Part shown: positions 26,901 through 39,289 of the stretch, one piece after another
Layout of the letters: every line of letters begins with the position of its first letter
Position numbering within the stretch: position 1 is the stretch's first letter
NCBI GenBank assembly: GCA_030141605.1
Contig: JAQGDQ010000297.1
Location: 62,001-126,000 of the forward strand
Reading direction: 5' to 3'
Length of the DNA: 64,000 nucleotides
Source: Tubiluchus corallicola
Taxonomy: Eukaryota > Animalia > Priapulida
The notes under the pieces: generated by a model
What the model was told of the DNA's origin: nothing
Database searches by the model: none
What the model saw: only the letters and a program-made list of their open reading frames with translations
Made by a program: the position numbers and the translations under genes

Positions 26901-28157
26901 ATATCAGCACAGCACCAACGACGTCCACAACAGAAGTTTTTCACTGGAAGTCTGCCAGGTGACTAATTACGCATTGACAAATCGTTTGCCCAGCAAACCA
27001 ACTAGTTGCAAAACAGGCATAATGTTCATATTTCGAGCTTTCAGAAAGTGAATACAAAAAGTTCTAGACTGTCGTAATCTATCAAGGAAAAGAAAAATAT
27101 TATTATCTATCAGTTCGCGACTCACAAATTTGCTAAAGATTAACGCAGTATAGATAGTATTGTCATATCATCTGCCCTTATACTATTTTACTATCTTGTC
27201 ATGTCCAACAATTTTCATGTAAACTAGCGTTATGCAGACAGCCAGTTGGATGGTAATGGTCCAGTGTCTAGCCAGCAGCCAAATAAAGTGTCTAGTTTAT
27301 AAAGCAAATGGAACAGAAAGGGCAATGCTGAGACGGCTTAATCAACAAGAAATACGGGAAAATATTAAAATCCGCGAAATTTAACCGAGAGAGCATTAAA
27401 CGTGGTAATTTATACGAAGCGTCTAATATAAAATTCATCCAGGCTTTGAGCTGCTCAATGGCGACCACGAAAGAGGAAAGTATTAATAATTGTTGGCGAA
27501 ATTATGAAAATTTCATGTTTATCTGTACGATAAATCATGTTGCAAGAGCGCGTAAACTTCGTTCAGATAAAAGTGACATTGAAAGTCCGAGAGGCAACTA
27601 TATATAGTTAGCTAATTTTATTAGGCATCTCTACAGTGAACTGCAGTTATAGTAACGAGATTTTATTTAATTAACATATTTAAAATATTTGAACAAGTAA
27701 GTGAGTTTCATTTTTCCCGAATCTTTGACGAAATCACCTTGGTATCCCACAAACATTTGAAACCTAATGTCTCCTGGTGATGATGAAAGGTGCCAGTCCT
27801 CTTACCAATTTAATTATTAATTTAATTATTATCATTATTAATCTTTTCTTCAAAAATCATATACAAATAATAATACCGTTATACAAACACAGAAATATAC
27901 GTACATACAAGCTCAAAATTCTAGCTAGTCCTCCATTTGCCGGGCAATATTACGATAATTAGAGAGACATGTTAATTTAAAATGAACCACTTCATTTAGT
28001 TATATACAATTTTGGCTAAATTGGTATCTGTCCATAGCATAACGTATTAAATTTACAGTTATTAATTAATTTGTTAATTTGTAATAATTTTATGTCGTCA
28101 TCGTCTGGAAAAATTATGATCAAGAGACAGATAGAAAATCGAAGCTCCCGGAACTAT

Positions 28158-28410
28158 AATAATCTTTATTTAAAGTCGGCTCTTGGATCAAAAATTAACA
28201 TTAAGCTCAAAGAGATTTTTACCGACTATAAATAGCAATACTACACCTCCTACATAACAGAGACTATTATTATCCCACTTTCATCCTAAATACCACGCAC
28301 CAGGCGGGGAAACAGCGGGTACCATTTTTAAAGTCTTTGGTCTGACTGGCCGCAGGATCGAACTCACGAACTCAGACGGAAAACTGGCGCGTTACCCACT
28401 AGACTAAAGA
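28158..28410 (-). mobile_element. tRNA-derived SINE with Meta-like central domain
   Basis: Minus strand: A-box-like tagtctagtgg, B-box gagttcgatcc, then cagaccaaagactttaaaaatggtacccgctgtttccccgcctgg resembling the MetaSINE core, and an AT-rich tail. Confidence 0.7.
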
Positions 28411-29255
28411 AATTCTACTGTCTATTCAGATCTGAAGCCAGGTTTTCTGAATTGCAGTCACCTCTCCTGTCTCTTATATAGACTAATTAACAATATTTTC
28501 AAATTCTTACTTATCTTTTGTTTTTTGTAATACAGTTATAAAGCTGCATATTATTTGAATCCCTGTTTCTAGTAGTGCGTGTTCTTAGGAGGTAATAACT
28601 TAATATTAATTAGCACAACACAAGTGCGTTACCCATTTTGTTAGAAAGTTTCGGTAATTTAGTATTAAACAGGCAACGTTTTCGTTTCTCTCCTTTTCCT
28701 TGTTCGTAATAGCGGTATCGTTATTCTTTTCGTTTTTTAGCATGACCTGTGATCTTTATAAGGTAGCTTGCCATGCAATGACGAATTTACCTGCGCTTAG
28801 AAGACAAATACATGTATCACTATAAATATGTAAAATGTAAAGTCATTGAACTGATTATATATTAAACCTTATTAGCACCTTAAATATGCAACATACGAAG
28901 GCATAAAAGCCGCGTCGTGCGAGCATATCACTGACTCTTGGATCTAGGGATTGCTTTAACCGTATTTGACTCTTCTCTACGTTATTAAGAACGTGATGCA
29001 ATAGATGACCACTGATTAATACAAATGGATTAATACAAATGGCGCTTCTTTTGTTATACCCAGACATCTCAATAAGAACAAAAAAAACGTGACAGGCAAC
29101 TTCTAAATGTGTTCGCTGTGTGGTATCTCGGCTGTCACCACTAGTATAGCCGCGGCATCTGCACGCCATAGTTAGCATTAATGATCAGTGCTGCTGCTGC
29201 TAATTGCAGTTAGTAATTTTCATCTAGAAATTCCTAAACGAGTATTAACGCTTAC

Positions 29256-29352
29256 CTGAAAGTATAATTAAAAGTAAAAATCCAACGGCAAGAATGTGAA
29301 AATCCTTCATGATCTTGGACACTTGTGAGAAGAGATTCAAGAGTTGATGCAT
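29256..29352 (-). CDS. Signal-peptide exon (first coding exon) of an Ig-superfamily adhesion gene
   Basis: ATG at 29352 (second ATG at 29310) gives MHQLLNLFSQVSKIMKDFHILAVGFLLLIILS with a consensus phase-1 donor G|GTAAG. Joining to the acceptor at 5326 gives ...LLLIILSVCTVQELPEF in frame. Confidence 0.72.
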
Positions 29353-31050
29353 GTTTTCAGTAATCAGAGAAACGACTTGCTGAGCGTGTAAAATCACACG
29401 ACGTCACACGCGAAATTTCGTGTAAGCTTCCTGTATTTTTCTACATTCACTTTGTTAGCTGATGTTAAAATCTCATTAATGTAGGTCAGAAAGAAAAGAG
29501 GCGGTGCGACACCCTTTTAAAATAAAACCTCAATTCATAGATTATTGAAGTTCGCCAACAGAATGATACACTCGTGTTATTCACACAAATTTCGTTTTTT
29601 GTCACAAATTCTCTGACTTTTGATAATTATGTAACAAAAATCGTCAAGATTATGAGGTTCAAAACTAATACAGTCATTGAAGATCACCATTTCTAACTCA
29701 GCTATTAAGCTAATGCTGGCTTTTATGCAAGGCACAAAAATGATTCTGCTGTTTCTAAACTAAACTGCATTTACTGCTCGATGTACATATCAAAATAAAT
29801 CTACATTTCAGTGAAGTAGACGCTTTACAATTACGAAACTGTAAAAAATTTCAAACTTCGCGATGACAGCACTGTTTGTCAACTTTAAGAAATAGATAAC
29901 TCTTTTCCAGCCAATTAGATGCTGCCTGATATCTAACTAGCCTTTTCAAAACTTCACTGAAACTGTGATGGCAGTGAAACCTCGCCTCGAAAGAGATTGG
30001 AGAGTGCAGAGTGCATTGAAATCCCACGATACAGACACTTTTGTTGTTAAAACTTTGCAATTGGGAAAGATGAAATTGCGCACATTGAAGCAGTACATTG
30101 GAGGATCAGAGCTTTTCTTTACTACCAGCTCCCACGTTCACATTTGAGAGATTAATTGAATAAGGTTATACGAAGTTGCACTTTTTACACTAAGAACTTG
30201 TAACACGTGTGACATAGTAAGTCTATGATTAGTTTTTTCTTTTGATTAACTTTCTGCAATGCAGATAAAAAATTCGTTAGATAGTAGCTCTCACATTATT
30301 TCCATTGGTTCTACTGAACGCTATTCATAACAATAAGGAACCATCTCACATTTTTTAAAACTTATTGTTAAAGTCAGATATTATCACCTCTTCTCGTCGG
30401 CTATTTTTCTTCTTTGTCAGCATTGAGATTTATAATAAAAATGCACTAAAATTAGAGTCTGCATGATTAGCACTTAGAGACACACTACATGAACGGTTAT
30501 CTTCGATGATGAACAAATAGAAATAAACACGTGTGTTTTTCAATAAGTAGCAAAATGATTTAGGTTGTCACAAACGTCATTTAACGAGCAAGACAAAAGT
30601 AAAATCCGCCAGTGAAATAAACACGCGTTTTTGCTTGGGATTCCATGCAAGTAACGCGCAGCTCCTGAATAAAGGCTTCGTTACTAGACACTCCATTGAC
30701 TTATTGATCGTTAGTTCCATTTACGACACCCAGGTGGTGCAGCAAGTGATGGCTGTTTTGACAAGTAGCAATAATTAAATTAATAATGCAATTATTGCTG
30801 TGATAAAAAGAAAATGACACTGTGGTGCCCAAGACGCCAGGGATTATTCGCACATAAATGTTGATTATGTTGATTATGTTTTTAATAGAAAAATATGCTT
30901 AACGAAACGGAGAAGCGCCGTTTCACCGCTATCATTAAGCTTGGATAACTACAGCTAATTTCTTTGAAAATGGAAAGCATGAGGTAGCCATGCATAAGTT
31001 AATTGTCTGGCCAATACCGAACATGTTTGAAGTTTGGGCATTTTTAAGAT

Positions 31051-31200
31051 AACTACACTGTTTAGTGTAAGTAGTCTGTACGAGACTAATTTTGAAACCA
31101 ACTTTTCAACATGCACGATCAGAATTAGTCTGTGTTAGACTTCGTCAGCGGACTCAACCTCAGAGCTAGAAGTTTGTTCATCAACCGGCTTGCCGTTGAC
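31051..31200 (-). mobile_element. Partial second copy of the 7903-8529 transposon
   Basis: Reverse complement of about 8440-8529 joined to about 8270-8330 (cagcggactca..ctcagagctagaag). Confidence 0.7.
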
Positions 31201-32579
31201 TGAAGAATCGGTTCAGGTGAAGCTTGGAAAAAACCCATGTCCTTCATTTTTCATGTTATTCATAAAAACACCGAGCACCCAAGAATGTCAACTTTGGGTT
31301 TATTGAACCAGGGGTCTAGCTGAGCATTTAGAAGGGATAAAAGATTTACTGCGATCATTATGGATTTTGCTAGAGATGCTCCAGAAATCTCTTAATGGTT
31401 GATTAGAAATGAAATGTGGACAGTTTTTGTGCTACGCTGCTTTCACAGGCGGCTCTCACATCATGAACCAAGGGCGAGAGTTTAGTTTAAGCTGAAAAGT
31501 ACATTTTGATTGCTTTTTAATTCACTCCCGTTTTAAGACAATGAAAGATCTCATTCGCATCTTCAGAAGCACCAAGGGGACATAATTCCAAGATATTACC
31601 AGGAAGAAAAGAGTAGCTTCACAGTTGTTTAAGTGCTTATGTGGAATAATACTTAGATCGGACTGCTCAGCCACAGTCGACGCTGCAGCTCCATCAATGT
31701 GATCAATAGCTGACTCTCTTGGCGCACACTCCATTGTCTTCCGAGACAGAAGGATGCCAACCAACCAACCAACCAACCATAGTAGATAGATACTTCAGAT
31801 GCTATAGACTGTACATTTCAAGATGTGTCATCAGAAAGAAAACAGTTAGCTTCATAACAAGAGATTGTTCATTGAAAAGTTGTGCCGGAAAAAGTAAGCC
31901 CAAACCGAATCGACAAACTGATTAGAACATTATGATTGGTGGGATAACGATATTCATGGATCTGCTGACGACAATGACAATAAAAATGAAAATGACAATG
32001 AAAAGCAGGACACCCTCAATTTTATCTAGAAATTTTGTGGGACCTTATTAGTATTGGCAATCGGGCAACGTTCCCAAGCTATATTATGACGTTATTATGA
32101 CGTAACCATACAAAAGTCTTTGCCAATTAGTAGTGTGACTTGTTATCGTAATGATATTAACAAAGCATTTTGTACAGTTGAAAGACTACTTTTATAAAGA
32201 AATTATGAAACCAAAAGCAATCACGAGCCTATTGTTATACCATCTTTACATTAATGCAACCTCTCCTAGTTATTGTAACAATTCGGTGTTCCAGCGATAG
32301 CCAGAAAGTCATGTCAGTAATTAATAGGGCACGAGGCTTCGATATTTCCTTGCTCTGCAATAGTGAATTATTTATTAGTCTTTAAATATTAATTTTTATG
32401 TAATCATGCACGTCTTGGTAGAAGTGCGTGTGTAGGTGAGACTTATAGCTCGGCTAATTAGACAACGTAATTAGGCGTAATATGCACACGGCAATAATGG
32501 CATTGTTTTATAGATGTGCATTTGGTTACAGTCTAATGATATTATTGTCCTATAAGTATAAACACCCATTGCAGCTTTT

Positions 32580-32890
32580 ACAGCGTTCAAACAAGCGGGT
32601 TTTTTCTCGTCAAGTAAACTCATCAAGTAACTCACCAAGTCACCTACAAGCATGTTCAAACTGGAGAGCAAAACTTGCCGCGAGTTACTCTCCGACACGA
32701 GCTGACACTCAATTCTATAAAAACCTCACAAATGTCAAGAGTAACTCTTCCAGGCGTTCACACTAGACAGTAAATCAACTCGCAGCAATTGTTGGAGAGT
32801 CTGCAATTTCTTGGCGATAGCAACTCGTTAAGCAGTTCACACTTGCGAGTTTGCTGTCAGGGAGAAAATTCGCCAGTCTGAACGCGCCGT
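32580..32890. mobile_element. PIF/Harbinger-like MITE (degenerate)
   Basis: Left end gcgttcaaacaagcgggtttttt versus right end aaaattcgccagtctgaacgc, with internal gttca[a/c]act subrepeats. Confidence 0.5.
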
Positions 32891-34226
32891 TACAGGCATC
32901 ACACGCATAAGTATGCAAGACACAGCAGTTAAGCACAATGCTGTGGGTGACCATTTTTCTAAATTTGTGCGTTTTTTTTCTTTCACTTTTTGCTTCCCCT
33001 TGCCTTTATTATCCCTTTCTCTAGTTCTTCCCCATTCTTGTCTTTCTTGACCATTTAAACTCTTTCTATGTTGCTCCTTCGTTTAACCTTTTTTAAAACG
33101 TTATTTTAATTTCTTTCTCTTGCTTTTTCGTTCTTGCCTTTCGTCGAATTTTCTGATTGGTCATTCGTAATGCAGGTTTAGCAAATTTTTGCGGTATTCT
33201 GTTTGAGTCTCCAATAATTGCGCAGTTCTTGCAGCTGCAAATTTAACGCAACAACGGCAAGCCCTTTTCTGCTTTACTTTAAAATAATTCTTTCACAACA
33301 GAATCTCACTTGCAAACTCAAATGTCGCCGCCATTCATGCGATCCGTCCAATTTCTAAAAACTAATAAAACTTTCCCCTTTTCATTTTGAACAGGAGAAT
33401 TGCGACCAGTAATCGAAGGTGAGCGATCAATGAAGAAATTGGACGCATTTATCGGAATTTTCATCCAATAAAGAATACGGGTTGGCGTTTGATATTTTCT
33501 GTATCGTCATCAAGTAAACGCCTTTGAAGAACATATAAATTGATGTGGGAATATCATTTCAATGTGTGAACACACCATTTCTGCTTATAGCTAAAGAGCG
33601 AACCATACTATTGTAATTTCACTAATTAAAAAAGTACAATAGTGAAGCTGTCACGCTGGGCACAATAATGAGAATTTTTTCAGAACATAATTATTTCACG
33701 CATTACTTAATAGGATTATAAAAGCTACAAATAATATTTTAAAGATTCTTATTAGACAGGAGTCGAAGTCTTGGTTACAAACTATAACTACCGCGACGCA
33801 GCCAATATAGTTGTGAAATTTATTATGATGACGTTTTGTCTGTCTTATCACCTATCTTTTCTGGGTGGCCTAACAAAGAACAAAACTTATTTCAGTTTGC
33901 AATTTATTGTACATTTTCTCTGTGGTTAAATGGAGCACATCTGATTTTCTGAACTTGATCCGTTCTGTTTTTGTTTGTAAGATGCGGCTTTAAGTTCTGC
34001 ACAAAACAGATGTCAAATTCCGTCAGTTAACTAGAGCACCAGGCGTTCTGCTGATGATTACTTAGATGAACGCTTAGGAAGGAAGGGAGACGTTACAAAG
34101 GGCATGTTAGCATCGTATTTAAAGAGCAACACTATTGAATAATAGTATCCTGTGGTGAAGGCGTAGCTGAGAATATTTTCACCTAGGGTGAGGGGATAAC
34201 TCAGTGGCCGTTTCATGCTCTTAGGG

Positions 34227-34275
34227 CCGAAGTTAAGCAAAGCCGAGCCTGATCAGTAAATGGACGTGGGATTGA
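34227..34275 (+). pseudogene. 5S rRNA-derived fragment (internal control region), probably within a SINE
   Basis: ccgaagttaagcaaagccgagcctgatcagtaaatgga resembles the invertebrate 5S segment ccgaagttaagcaacgtcgggcccggttagtacttggatg; 5S termini are absent. Confidence 0.45.
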
Positions 34276-34794
34276 CAAAGATACTGCCTCCTAGCTGTTT
34301 TCCTCGACGAGGGCGGATGTACAATGTTGTACATACATCCGAACATGGCTGTAGCATTTTACCCGTTTAGTATCACATCTTAACATTGTTAGCAAGCCTA
34401 GATAATGAACGATGTTCCGGTCCAACTACAGTCATGAACATTACTTAGGAGGTTTGTTACTAAGCACTGGATTTTGCTTTGTGCGCTCCGAACTTCAGAA
34501 AAAAGTAAAATTAGTAATTAAATGACTTGCTTAGGTGTTTGCATACCTAAATAAGTTTTTAATAGTTTATTGTCAATAAAATAAAAAAGCTAGCTAAAAT
34601 TAGGATCAACATATATTTTTCACTTATATCATCATTTATATAAATAGATACGCAATGTAGTTTGCAGTGTTTTTATTTTCATGATTTTTAAATCAGACTA
34701 AAGTCAATCCATACGAATTTTTTTATTTTTACGTGATGTAACTTCTTCATTTAAAAGGCGTTGGTATATAATTTTGCAATATATATTTTCCATA

Positions 34795-34796
<2 letters not shown>

Positions 34797-34832
<36 letters not shown>
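34797..34832. repeat. (GT)n microsatellite
   Basis: Direct reading. Confidence 0.95.
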
Positions 34833-34834
<2 letters not shown>

Positions 34835-37820
34835 CATTTAAGTTTGTATTAAACTGAAATAATCTAAGTAAGAACATGATCTAAGTAGCACACGTACAGC
34901 AATTATACACTAAGCTAAAATCACATTTACTAAAAACTAAATAAATACTTTTTTATTTTGACTAAAAAATGTTCGTTAATAAAGTGGTGTCTTGATACAG
35001 TACATTGTCTAAGGCCATCGTTTCCGTGCATTTGCATGGGTAAATTCTGCCATGCCAAATAAATAAACAAACAGCCTTAAACGCCATAACTCGCTTCTCT
35101 CTCATCACCTTTTCATAAGCACAGCCTCATAAAACGACGTCAGGGGGATGGAAAGGATTCAACTTCTTACTGCGCTTTCACTGAGGTTCGAAAGCAATTA
35201 AGCACAGTAACGGCCGGCTAATCGCACGGTGGCAATATTTTGGTTTTAGAGCTGACGTCCGGGTAGATTTATGACGCCTTTAACTACTTTGCACACAGTT
35301 CAGCAATTATCCAGCCTGCTGATGCGCCATCATTTACAGTTATACTGGCCTCCTCGCTTTTACTCACAGTAATTTAAGCGCTTATTTGTAAAAACACTTA
35401 AGCAGGAAAAATCAAACAAGATGCTAACGACAATGATGGCAACAACAACAACTATGGTGGTAATAAAGCAGAAGACTGTAATGATAATATTTGTGAAAGT
35501 TGTAACTGTATATTTTAGGTGCTGCCATCTATTGATTAGTCATTTTAACATTTTACTAGTTAAACTCACCCCTAGTACAATTGTTCGGTCCAGTGAATAT
35601 TCAAACTCACTGTATCTCCCCTATTTTCACTGTAATGGGATATGTGAAGCCAAGTTCTTGCATAGTTATCTACATATATAAACTGACTAGATTTCACTGC
35701 TAGTCACTCTCTGTCTCAGGCAGTGCAGTCGTGCAACTCATGGGACACACTGTCTCTCTGTCACACACTCAGTGCTGTGCAGCAGTTGTGATCTTCATTT
35801 TACTTGTGCATTTTACTGTGTATTTAGTGCAATAAAAGTGTTTCAGTTTTGTGCAAACATGTAATATGGTGTTTAGTTGTTTTCTACACGTGTTCAATTT
35901 CAACTTCACAAATAACTTTCACAATATTATTTACAAATAATAATAACACTAATTACATGTAATATAGCGAGTACCAATATTACGATCTAAGAAAGTAGGT
36001 AGGTCTAATCGTTATGATAATTTCTCACTGTTCGTAACAGGCCTAATTCTATTTCACTAATTAACATAAGTAATTGAAAAATGTACGTCTAGTACAAGTA
36101 AAAATTAATAAACCAAAACAAGGTAATAAAAATTACTATAAATATGTTCTTCAATACCTGTTTAAGCTAAGTCGGGAAAAACACAGTTGCTACCTATACT
36201 AACGTATATTTATACAGGTTGCATTATTAGACGGATAATGCGTACAACTGTGTGCATACAGCCCGTAACCCTTGCTCTGTTTACGCCACCAGGTGTGTTC
36301 AATTGTTTTTACATCGATTTGCTTTTATGATTTCATAAAAACATTAATTATTCACTAGAACTTAACACGAGCTTCGAACGGGACGTGTTACTTTTCGACT
36401 AGAAGATTCGCAATAAAGGTTGCGTGGGTTATCAGATCGACTAGAATGGGAGGACAACATGCCCTTTTAATCGACTGACAGCTGCTACAAAATAAAAAAA
36501 ACACGAAATGTTAAAAATAGAAAATAAATGTGCAGTACTGTCGCAGACACCTAGTGGTTGTTAAAGGAAAAAGAATTAACATGATTAACAATCCTTAAAA
36601 GTGATTGTGCTTGGATCTTCGAACTAAAGCCAGGTTTTTGATGCGTTAGCATAGATTCTAGACGCCACTCAATGTGCTGCGCACGCGTGGTGGCATTTAA
36701 ATCTGTAGTTAGTAGGAATAACTACATTATGGCATGGTATTTCAGAATTTTTTTCATTTGCAAAAAGTCATGGCCTTTCAATAACCTAAATCTTCTCGTT
36801 TCTCCTGCTTTCTGATAATAAAAAGTCGTTTTTCCCGATGACCACGACACAGTAGACATCGTTGTATATGACGTAAGTTTTATTTACGTTGCCTATAAAT
36901 ACGGCGTACGGTTACTGTATTTCTTCCAGTTAAAAGGATATAAAAATTACACTGTGCAATCTTAAGTCTACAACGAACAGTCTAAATGCTTTTCAGTTCA
37001 TTTTCAGTATATATTGACGTCTTAGTGATACGCTGGTGTTCCTAACTTACACGTTGGCCCGCAGTATAGAAGGGAAGCTTGCACTTGTTAAAATACGTAC
37101 AGCACACATTGCCAATAACTAACCAACCGCTGCTTATTTAAATTTAACTAACAGTAAAAATAGTTTAATTAAATGGATTGTATCAACTTCGATTACTGGA
37201 ATTTAGACATCGTGCAGTAATTAAAAATTATACGGTAGCGTGATGGGTCTGATGGCAAATATGACCGGGTTTAGCGTACGGATTTGAACAAGTTGGAATC
37301 CTTGATTTTTGGAGAAGACCTAGCAACTCAGTATTAAGTAACTTGGGTTAATTACAAAAACTCAAACACAAAAAGCCACCAAAGCACAATAATTAGAAAA
37401 CCGCTTCGCTGGGTGTAGAACCATTTGGTGGTGTAAGACTGTGCAAACAAATCAACGGTTTGGAATCGAGACTTCACAATTTTAAACAAATATAACATAA
37501 TAATTACAGTTTACATTAGACGCAGTTGTATCATTATATCTAACAGTAATGGCTTTCAAATTACCATCCACTGAGTTTTAAATAAACATGGCAGAACGAG
37601 CCATGTATCTTTGACAAGGCAATTTACGAATTCATTAAACATGCATGCGTGATTTATATTCATCATGCTGGGCTGGAAGCCAGAAAGTCTTGTGTGTAAA
37701 AGTGGATCTAATCGTTCAAACAGAACTTAAGCTCTGTGCAAAAAAACTTGAAGTTACATGTACGAGTATATGCCACGTAACTGGAACTGTTTCTTAAAGT
37801 TCTTCACAAATAATAAAATC

Positions 37821-39289
37821 ATAGACATAGACGTAGACGTAGACATTTTTATTTATCTCCTCATTTACACCAGTATACAAATTGACAATTATTTTTATAG
37901 TTATTGATTAAAAAGGATAAATTAAGCATAAAGGAAAGAGTTAAGGGGGTGCAGGAGAAAGGGTAGCGAAAGACCAATTGGTCTCCTCATTTACACCAGT
38001 ATACAAATTGACAATTATTTTTATAGTTATTGATTAAAAAGGATAAATTAAGCATAAAGAAAGAGTTAAGGGGGTGCAGGAAAAAGGGTAGCGAAAGACC
38101 AATTGGTCATCGAGTCAGCTACCCTTCTCAGGTTATTGTAAATTGTAAAAAAAATTGTAGTGCTGCTGTTAACATGAATCTATGGGTGAATACATTAAAC
38201 ATGAAAGCGAAATAACTAAAAAAGCTATGCAACAAGGAAATAAAATGAAAAATATGAAATGATGATTAACAAAACATGTAAAGCATTTAACTAACCGATT
38301 AAAACATAAAACAAACTAGAAAAAAGTCAAACCAAAAAGAAAAAACAAAAAAACACAAATAATAAATCAGTGAATGAAACAAAATATGCATGATAAATTC
38401 AAACAAAATATAATGAAACAAAGATATGCAACCGTGTCAAATTATGTTAAGCGTAATGTTAAAATACTATGGAACGCAAGAACTAGTGCAGAAAAATGGA
38501 GCAAACAAAATATGTAGTGGAATTTGAGTATGTGACTAAATAGACTATATGGCTCAAAAAATATAATAAAACTTAATGACTGTGAAACAATGAGCAAAAT
38601 AATTATAATAAAGTGAATATATATGAAGTGAGAAAAGCATAATATGGAAGTAAAAACATAAGTGGAGCAGGCAAAATTATAAAAAATTATGTATGAGAAA
38701 AAGTGTTATAGTTGCTGGATTTATAGTTAATTATCAAATAACTAAAGATGCCATTTTTAGTTCATTAGACAGGCTGTTCCACAACAAAGCACCTTGATAA
38801 GATAGAGATCTTTGCCCTTTGTTAGTATTAAATCTATGTACATAGAAAGTTTGGTTAGTGGCAAATCGTGTATGATACTCGTGCATCTGGGCTACGGATT
38901 TGTAGTAATTCTGAAAAATTTCAGGAAGCATATTATGTTTTAACCTATATAAAAATTTGGCCATCTCTAATTTATAAATTTCCTGAAGTTTTAAGATTTT
39001 ATGCTGGTGGTATAATGGTGTAACATGGGCTCTTCTATTTGTATTTGTCCAAATCTTTATAAATTTATTTTGATTAGTAATTAGGGGATACAATGTGGAA
39101 AGGAGTGCTGAGCCATAGGTAAGTATGCTGTATTCTAAATACGGCGAAAATAGGGAAGAATATAGAAGTTTTTTTCGATTTATAATTCATGAAATGCCTA
39201 ATTTTTGAAAAAATACCTATAATTTTACTGGTTTTGTTAACAATATATTGTATATGTGCTTTCCATGAAAGATTGTGATGTATTAATAG
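37821..39289 (-). mobile_element. 5'-truncated CR1/L2-group LINE (ORF2 C-terminus, 3' UTR, stem-loop and microsatellite tail)
   Basis: LIHHNLSWKAHIQYIVNKTSKIIGIFSKIRH, then after a frameshift PLYHQHKILKLQEIYKLEMAKFLY...HEYHTR...SYQGALLWNSL. A 3' hairpin aagggtagc...gctaccctt lies at about 38084-38127 and a (GTCTAY)n tail at 37821-37845. Confidence 0.88.
37856..38107. repeat. 126-bp tandem duplication inside the LINE 3' UTR
   Basis: tctcctcatttacaccag...gaccaattgg starts at 37856 and 37982; the copies are nearly identical. Confidence 0.92.

Noticed and set aside
24752-26944. Three long minus-strand ORFs (631-730 aa, Cys/Leu/Val-rich)
   Set aside because: All three frames are open only because the minisatellite has almost no A on the minus strand, so stop codons are rare; not a credible protein
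32940-33430. Lys-rich minus-strand coding region and a 24-nt plus-strand micro-exon at about 33395-33418
   Set aside because: Frames are interrupted by stops and no partner exons were found; may be UTR or low-complexity DNA
34270-34350. HDV-like ribozyme (gcctcctagct resembles P3/L3, followed by a hairpin and cgaa)
   Set aside because: P1, P1.1 and the P3 closing pairs could not be formed by hand
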